A DNA stretch of 64,000 nucleotides. Source: Bugula neritina (lineage: Eukaryota; Animalia; Bryozoa). Under the pieces are notes generated by a model that was not told the DNA's origin, searched no databases, and saw nothing but the letters and a program-made list of their open reading frames with translations. Location: contig OZ037771.1 in NCBI GenBank assembly GCA_964035545.1, forward strand, positions 15,099,289 through 15,163,288, in the 5' to 3' direction. The translations under genes and the position numbers were made by a program. The stretch's first letter is position 1; each line of letters opens with the position of its first letter. Below are positions 54,931 through 64,000 of this stretch, piece after piece.

Positions 54931-55376
54931 AGTGTAGATAATATAAATTATATATAAAGTATAAAGTACATATATAGAATTCGAAGTATAGAGTATAGAG
55001 TATAGAATAGAGTGTATAATAGAATACAGTGTATAGAATATAGATTATAAACTATAGAGTATAGAATATAATGTATAATCCACTATGCAGTTTAAGCCAA
55101 ACAAAGTTATTATATTCACATTAACATATAGTATTAGTTATGTGATAATGGCAATTATTATGGTTTTTAAAGGCCAATAAAATATGTTATTGATAAGAAT
55201 GCAAAATAGCAAGGGCATAAAATGCGCTAATTGATGTAAGCTTTTACTTCCTGCCAGATTTACTACTTCACATTTTCTTAGTCATGTATACACAGTAGGT
55301 ACCGAATGGTTCAAGTAGCATATGGTGAAAGGGCACCTTAGACAAGTTGTCATTATTACAAGCTGAATACAAGTGG

Positions 55377-55682
55377 TTTACTATCCCACAATGCATTACA
55401 CATTGACAATCCCATAATGCAGCACATATTTACTATCCCACAATGCATTACACATTGACAATCCCATAATGCAGCACATATTTACTATCCCACAATGCAT
55501 TGCATATTTATTATCCCATAATTTATTTCATATTTACTATCCCATAATGCATTTCATATTTACTGTCCCACAATGCATTTCATATTTACTATCCCATAAT
55601 GCACTATGTGTTTACTATCTCACAATGCATTTTGTATTTACTATCCCACAATGCAGTGTCTGTTTAGTTTCCCATAATGCAT
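55377..55682. repeat. About 26-bp minisatellite (tttactatcccacaatgcattacaca-like)
   Basis: About 12 imperfect tandem copies sharing the core ctatccca(c/t)aatgca. Confidence 0.85.
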
Positions 55683-58373
55683 TATCTCTTAGCAAACCGA
55701 AATGTTTGAGATATTTTGTGTGTTTCAAGAATGTTCAGCACAAGCTGTGCAACTAGATGCTGACAGTAAACAAGTATTTAATATACTGGCTATAGATAGG
55801 CTGTGAAGTATATACACTTATTACAATATAATATAGCAGTGTTTTACTGTGACATAATAAAGAGTTCAGACAATGTTGTTATAGCTGCTATAAAATAAAT
55901 ATCATAAAAGAACAACATCACAGTATTAATCTCTAGCATGTAATATAAATATTCAAACTGGACACACCACTATAGGGGGAGTGCTTCAATATGTAGGCAA
56001 TATACACACATACTATATAGCAATACAAGTAATATAATTATGTGTAATCTTAACTATATAATAAAAAGCGGGCTCAAGAATAGCAATGACCTCTTATGAC
56101 CTTTTATGACCTTTTACCCTATGACCTTAAGTTGATTGTATGTGATGTTTTTCTGAGCACACCATAAACAAAACATTCTACTTTGAACAGAACTCTGTAG
56201 CTATCAAAATCATTTGATTGTCTCTTTGAAGTTGTCCTATCCTAATATTCTATTGAAGGTTTTTCTAGGAAACAGCCGTTACTTAGTTCAGTAATACATA
56301 CTGTAGAGTGTAGACCCTATCATTTTAATTTACAGCATGCGTAATAATATGTAAAACAAGTCCAGCAATATAACGTGTTATGAGCTACAACTCTTACACA
56401 AAACCAAGACTTCTACAAACTTTTGTTGATAACTTTCTAATATGTTTCTCTTCTTGAGCTCAAGTTTACATAAGACAGCTTCCCCCTCCTTTGTAGCAAG
56501 GTGTAAGTCATCATAGTGAACATATGCCCCCCACCTTTATCCCAGGTAGCTACAGGTAGCTACAGGTCTCCCCAGGTGGCTTCAGGTTACTTGCTATTTT
56601 TAGTGACACACAGTTAGAAAAGGAGGCAGTGATGAGATTTTTCACACCAAAGAGCTAATTTGTGAAAGACTCAGTCAAAGAAACCACCTATTGCCAAACA
56701 GAATCATGATTTTACACACATTTAAAATTGTTGACATAGTCATTTTTCAAAAAAATTGGTTTGTTGTTAATAAGAACACCCATGCAGTAGTAATTTGTGA
56801 GTCAATAATATATGCATGAACAACCAAATTTAAGCAGAAACATATAACACAGCCTCACTCATTAGATCAGGCAACTGTAGTATGTTTATATCACAGTTGC
56901 ATTAATTTGAAATAAAATGCTGACAAAATAAAGGTGAAGATGTCAGCGTTTTGATGAGTTACTGCTAACAGGAGTATCTATACAAAATCAGCCCACCAAC
57001 TAATTCTGCATAATTCTACAGCCCAAGGTGTAGCTTTGATTTATTCAACTGCTACGTTACCAAGATATGATCTTTTATTCATGAGCTGTGACTTGGCTCT
57101 GTGTAGTTTCCAGGGGCTCAAACGATCAGATTGAAGGCAGCGCAATCTTATCTAGTCAGCAATCAAACTGCTTTTCTATGAAACATTTGTGGCTCAAGGA
57201 TTACTATGTTAAATTTCACAATAACGTGCTTCAATTTGCAGCTTGTAGTTTAAATTTGAAAACTATTGAAAATAAATCTATATGAAGCATGAATAATTAA
57301 TATTGTCTGTAAGGGAACATTAAGTTTTCTATGCAATGCTTTACTCATCTTAAGGGAGGGCTGAAGTGTAGCATGTTTTATATTGTGATGATAACTTAAA
57401 GAATGGACTTTGAAGTTTTGCCGTAAAAATATATATTTACTAGCAAAATGCTCCATGGTAAAAGTTTTAGCTCAAGCAAATACTTTATGTTAAACAAAAG
57501 CCCTACGATTGAATTTAATATAACTATATATCACAGCTTATAAATATAGCATGCTTTGTTATGCTATGTTTGCATATACTTCTAGGTATCCACCTTATCT
57601 ATACTCATATATATAAAAAACTTTTACGCATGACTATAATCACTGTATTATACTACATGTATTCTATATACACGTAGTCACGGTAATATATACATAGTTA
57701 CTATATACGTGATTTGTATTTCTTGTCTTCTTTTATGATATAATTAAGTTGAAGGCTTTGATACTTTAAGCAGCCATAATACGGCTCCTTAAGCACGTCT
57801 ACTCTTGTAATTACAATTTCCTATTTCATCAGACACCTTGATTACTTACGAGCTAATAAACGTAGGATTATCTCTCTCGCACATCCTCAGGCAGGTAATA
57901 AAATCCAAGAGCTGACAGCATCCCTTGCGGCAGCAACCAGCTTCTGACAGCTCAACGAACTAATGTTTACTTCAAGAGTAAATAAATTCGCTGCCTATAA
58001 CCCTGTGCCAACAGCTGCATTGAACTTCATAATTAAGATAGTTGCAATTATATAAATCATATGCTTGCACTCAGGTAGCACAGGTGAGTAGAAGATATCC
58101 CTCTAGCTACGCTATGATGTGCGAAGCAGGTAATGTTACCTATTGTGCTCACGTAACGAACTAATTATGCCAAAGGACTATTGATTAGTGTAGAGGCATA
58201 CACTTGATTATATGCATCTTAGAAGCAGTCTTTGGGCTTTCTTGAAGTTGGCTTTTCCTTACAGATCCCATGCACATATATATTTTATACAGAAACCAGT
58301 TTAAATTATATCAAATAAAATGATTCTATAGAGTGTACAAAAAAATAGGTTTATATATCTTGCTGCTGGGTAA

Positions 58374-58667
58374 CCCCTCATTCACACCCACTGTACCCTA
58401 GGCCGTAACTGCAAATATTAGCCATTCTTACAAATGTCTGAGCTTCCTGTACAGTGTTGCGGTACATTAAGATTAGGCACTGCTTGATTTAAAAATGTTG
58501 CGGCGGACTTATATTGGACAGATAAACTTTTGTGTTAACTCATTGGATATAAATGTCCAATGAAGTGTCATAGATCGTACTTAATAGCAGACTTTGAAAA
58601 CTTTAACCCGGACACATTAAAACTGGCTGATATTTTACGTTAAAGCCTACGGTATGGTAAGTGTGAA
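58374..58667. mobile_element. Second copy of the 300-bp MITE (right TIR truncated)
   Basis: Starts taa+cccctcattcacac and is colinear with 12571-12870. Confidence 0.75.
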
Positions 58668-59394
58668 GATTCAGTTTTCAAAAATATAGCCTACATCGTG
58701 TGAGTTTCAAATATAAAGCCAATACAAATAAAAAATGGTTTTTCATTGTTAGATAAACAAATTAATGAATTTAAATTAGCTTTTATACAATCACGAAAGA
58801 AGAATGAGAAAACTGTATTGTGAACAGTAGCAGTGTTTATTTGACTCTATTAGCATTAACTGATCACGTGACAATTAATGAGCTATAATATACTGCTGAA
58901 GTGTGGTTTCAGTATGAATCTAATTAGTTAGTATTATGTAGAGTTGTTTCCCCTTTAATAAGTTGCTTTCTACTGTACGCTATATATACTATACCATAGA
59001 TATAAGATAGATGTTGAGCACGTAGTAGATATAGTAGAGTAGAGTAAAGTTATATCATGTCTATTGGAAGAAGTTCGCGTATCATATTTCCCAACAAATC
59101 AATTGTTCAAGTGTAAGCTAAGAAAATGCAATACCTGGTCATTAAAGTTAATGGGATGGTAGTTTGCACTAGCCTTGTATATATACTATCAATTATCTAC
59201 ACCAAACATCAATAGTAGGCTAGTTTTACCTTCTGATATGCTATATGCGTTAACTAACAATTATTTAACTTAATCATAAAATATCAATGGTGTTATCTTT
59301 TTACTATTGCTCAATGATAAAATATTTATATTTATGATTAGAGGCAAATAAAAGACAAAAGGTTACAGCGCAATTGTTATATATAACTCACGCA

Positions 59395-59598
59395 AGTTTA
59401 TGGTCACTATCCCTGTGAGAAATCGCTGATGGAAAGGGGTTTTTGTTAAATCAGGCTAAGGACTTATTCAAATAAGGCACAGGAGCAATTATGACTGGAT
59501 GCTCTTCCTAACATCACCAATGGCCTCTGTCTGAGTTCGAACCCATGACCTCGTGTTTACTAGGCAAACACTCTAACCCCTAGACCACGGCTGCTCCC
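59395..59598 (-). mobile_element. tRNA-derived SINE, same family
   Basis: Colinear with 5961-6166; A box and B box (ggttcgaact) present. Confidence 0.8.
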
Positions 59599-61909
59599 TA
59601 TATTTAGAATAATATATACATACCATATTTGTTTCAAATCATAGCTTTAAAGGCAATATTTTTTTACATTTTATGTTCAACTTTATTTTATTAACTGAAA
59701 GCCTATCAATATCAATGTATTATTCTGTTCTTCCTAATTACTAAACTGTATCATCTTATTAAACTTTGAAATAGGGCTTACAGGGTTTATATATTCAAGA
59801 TTATAAAGCTATTTGTGTTACCTGTTTTAATATAGTCATCTAATTACATGTACTATAATACAATTCCAATATAAAGAGGAAAATGACACCGGATATTAAA
59901 TATTCATGTAACAAACTTCTCATTATATTATAACGTGCCTATATAAAATAGTTATGAGTAATTACAATGCATCATTAGAAGTTATAATAGCATATCCATC
60001 ATAAGTATGCTTTCCAGACATCACAAAATATACTAACTTGTTTTAATTAACTGTCAGGAATTGTGTTTAAAAAGCAGCATTCAGTATAAAATTGTCGAAA
60101 ATATTACAGAGTTTCAGTTACAACATCATGCACTCCAAATACCCATTATATATATATAGTTTAACTTTACGCATGTTCTTATTATAAAAACTATTAGATC
60201 TAATTTTGGCTGACATAGTTAGTTTAAAAAGCAATATTATAGACCGAGTACCACATATGAGTACGAACTTGGTGCAGCTGCAAACTCAGAAGATTGAAGA
60301 AATTTAGCTAAATTTAATGACACAAACAACTGTTTGGTTGAAGGCTTTCTGATTCTCTACTAAACACAGAGTCGCTCTGATAGCTTTACTCCAAGTATAC
60401 CAGGTTTTATGTCTGGTAAATTATTTTACTAATGCTATATTTTTGAATTAGTTTTGATATAATTCTTTCCCATAGTTTTAGCTCAAGTAACCAAGTTATA
60501 TTACAGAATAAATAATAATGATAAAGCATTAAATAACAGATTATATTTATGCTATTAGTCATATGGCTATTTAAATACCAATTAATATATTGAATTATTT
60601 CTATAATTATTTGTTTTTACTTATATAAATTGAACTACAGATAATGTTACCGGATATTAGCACAACAACAGTGGCATTCCATCCACGTTAGTATAACGCC
60701 TTTTTATCTGATAATTATTCCAACTGCATTATACTTAAAATACGAGAAATTTTATAAAGTGCTAAAAGTATTCTAAATTAGGTTTTTTTTTGGTAGTCTT
60801 CAAGCCAACAAAAACACTTTAAGCAGCGTTAGTATATATAAAAATATCTCACTGTATAAACTTACCTCAATCTCTCTACTCAGTATCCTCTCACTATGAT
60901 AATAAGTACACAGAGTAGCTCTATATACAGTAAGGTTTACATGTGGATATAAGACATGTATATACAGTATCTTCTTAAGCATGTACGCAACACCAAAGCC
61001 TCTCAGCAATGCATACACATCTAGTTATGACGTTACAATAATCAATGCAGATATGCTTCTAATTCACTCAACGCATCTCCTTAGAGGATTAGCACAAAAA
61101 ATTTTTACGTTAGATCATGTGTTTCAGCTACATTACTTTCATATTATCGCATGATAAAACAATTTTCTGTTTTATTTTTTGTCTCTTGAAAACATTAGCT
61201 TTTTTTGTTATATCTTTCATATTGACTGCCAAATAAATATGACACGTATTTAAAGTCTCTTTTAGCTCTGCACTTTTTTGAGCAAAATATTAAATTATAC
61301 TAATCACATTATATTTTATGAGTAGGTCTTGTAGTTCAGTGAATCAGCATTGTTTGTACATGGAAAATTACGTTGTTGTTTACTTTGTGTATGGAGCAAC
61401 GTTAAGTTTAACTAGCTAACACTCAACCTCATAACAAAGGGTTATATTAGAGAAGAATTAATAGAGAAATGTAAAGCAGGTATATTAAAAATTAATTTCT
61501 TGTTTGAAAACTCTATTAAAAAGGGTTTATCTCAATGCAACATGGCCCCTTCCTTCCATATTTCACATTCTAGCATACAGTTTATACCTTTCTCTAATAT
61601 GACAAGGTGTTCATGGTACTACAACTCCAACATTACCTACCAAATGTGAAGCTAAGAGAGGAGGCAACTCTAAAATAGCCTAATGGTCCATTATTAGTTT
61701 GTTCAGTTTTCCCACGCAAAAAGTTTGCCAAACAACTAATACCAAAATATTAATCTACATTGTAATGCTTGTTTGACAAATGGTTATTTTGTCATTAGAT
61801 TATTATAAATATATTGGAATATCACTACATTAAATAATAGTAGTTATATTAAATCACTATATCATATTATCACTAAGTTATGCTATAATTGAATACAGCT
61901 TGGAAATCT

Positions 61910-62027
61910 AGTACTACTAGTTGCTACTGCTACTGCATGCTACTGCTACTGCTACTACTACTACTAGTACTAGTACTACTACTCCTACTACTACTGTACT
62001 ACTGTTACTGCTACTGCTACTGCTACT
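61910..62027. repeat. (CTA/CTG)n trinucleotide repeat
   Basis: Direct reading. Confidence 0.9.
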
Positions 62028-63157
62028 GAGTAATAAAATGCTTCAATATATTACCTTTGAACAACAAGAGCTTTTAAACTGTTCCTCCAGAGCAATGCTC
62101 TCTCACTCGCTGGATTCATTGCTGTGTTTACAAGATATGAAGACTACTTTAAACTTCTAATAGAGATCCAAGTAGAAACTACTGCACTCTACTCTTGAGT
62201 CACTGTTAGATTTGGAGTACAACAATCAAATGGTCCCAGTTTATAGAGAATGTGCAGAGTGAGTTATTAGTTGCAACTTGCTAACATGTGTAATTATCTT
62301 GTTTGTATAATTATTGGAAATTGCTCTAAAATGAAATGTCAAAAAACTTATTAAGTTACAAAGTTGATTATCATAGCATCAGTGACAGCTGTTCACCAAT
62401 CATAGCTTTAGATTAGTTTCCATACTTGTATCAACTTGGCTTAAGTGTATAGAATATAATAAATATAAATTAATTGGTGTATTTAATGCACTTAGTCTTG
62501 ATGATATGCCATCTGTTGTTTTGAAAAGTATCTTCTTTACTGGTTTGAATTGAAAGATTTATTTTTCTATTTCGTGGAAAATCTCTATTTCCAGCATTAT
62601 ATTTTGTATATATCATATATAAAGAATAAGTTATTAGAAAAATATATAATTTTATAATTGAAAATATTAAGTACTATATTCTCTTTATCATCAATTGATT
62701 TATAACATATCTACACTGTGATTTGCTGACAAAAACAAAATTATAACAAACTATTTAAAATCTGTTTGCACTTTCTATATTTTATAATAAATTGTAGGTT
62801 TCTAAAATTACTTTAAAAATTGAAATGATGTCACAAAACAGTGTTTTCAGCTTAACAAAGCCAGTACCTAAGAGGTCAAATGTATTACCCAATCACTGTT
62901 CAGCTATTGTTTCATGGAAACCTACTACCCACTAGAAGTGCTATGTAATAAGAAGATTTTGTCAAAATTTTAACTTCTGAAGTTAAATTGGAAATAATTA
63001 TGTTATCTACAGACGTATATCAATATTATCTACAGACATATAGTGTATAGTATCCACAGATATCTAGTGGTATTGTCAACGGATATATACAGTAGTATTG
63101 TCAACAGATATATCGTGATTTAAACTCTGGTGACATCACTCCAACACTTCATGTATC

Positions 63158-63705
63158 AAGGGTCATAGTCAGCATGCACTAGGGGTCACAGTCAGCATGC
63201 ACTAGGGGTCATAGTCAGCATGCACTAGGGGTCATAGTCAGCATGCACTAGGGGTCATAGTCAGCATGCACTAGGGGTCATAGTCAGCATGCACTAGGGG
63301 TCAAGGTCAGCATACACTAGGGGTCAAGGTCAGCATACACTAGGGGTCAAGGTCAGCATACACTAGGGGTCACAGTCAGCATGCACTAGGGGTCATAGTC
63401 AGCATGCACTAGGGGTCATAGTCAGCATGCACTAGGGGTCATAGTCAGCATGCACTAGGGGTCAAGGTCAGCATACACTAGGGGTCAAGGTCAGCATACA
63501 CTAGGGGTCAAGGTCAGCATACACTAGGGGTCATAGTCAGCATGCACTAGGGGTCATAGTCAGCATGCACTAGGGGTCACAGTCAGCATGCACTAGGGGT
63601 CATAGTCAGCATGCACTAGGGGTCATAGTCAGCATGCACTAGGGGTCATAGTCAGCATGCACTAGGGGTCATAGTCAGCATGCACTAGGGGTCAAGGTCA
63701 GCATG
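63158..63705. repeat. 23-bp minisatellite, about 24 copies, three variants
   Basis: Units aggggtcatagtcagcatgcact, aggggtcacagtcagcatgcact and aggggtcaaggtcagcatacact. Confidence 0.97.
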
Positions 63706-64000
63706 AGCCTGAAGTGATTGATATGTCATCTAAAGCTATATCTCCTGCATAACGTAAGTTTGAGTTGTCCAGTTTTGCTTCAAATTCAATCTGAAATATC
63801 AGAAAAGCTACTAGAGGCAAGAGTTAACTATAAACAATTCATGTATATAATAAAGTAAAAATAGTAAATTGAAATTTATAAGTTAGTGTCTGTTGCCTAG
63901 GTAACTAAGTGTTGCGTCAAAATGTATATTTTATTTGTTTGGTCAACAGCTTTCTGCTGACAAAAAGCAACTTATCAAGATGAATACATTCACAGGTTCT

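Noticed and set aside
63158-63705. CRISPR-like array
   Set aside because: Head-to-tail units without unique spacers, eukaryotic context, no cas genes.

Overview
AT-rich, intron-containing eukaryotic DNA, most consistent with an invertebrate animal (taxon not determinable here). From about 2.6 to 39 kb lies a tandem cluster of six six-coding-exon class I SAM-dependent methyltransferase genes (Methyltransf_11, Tmt1/Crg1/DDB_G0268948-like; labelled MT1-MT6 here, orientation +,-,+,-,+,+) plus an orphan exon fragment. The cluster was built by segmental duplication. One copy appears to have lost 7.4 kb at a microhomology junction, short catalytic-core segments look homogenised by gene conversion, and predicted substrate-contacting motifs have diverged. 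The left edge holds the probable first coding exon of a secreted PAN/Apple-like protein gene (- strand), with a frameshifted duplicate of its next exon near 23.2 kb. From 40 to 55 kb lies a multi-exon TRPC-family cation channel gene (- strand) with a candidate 21-nt microexon and a four-exon alternative C-terminal tail (or a separate downstream gene). A tRNA-derived SINE family, PIF/Harbinger-type MITEs and many micro/minisatellites are interspersed. All exon models were derived by hand from splice signals and reading-frame phase, without transcript data.
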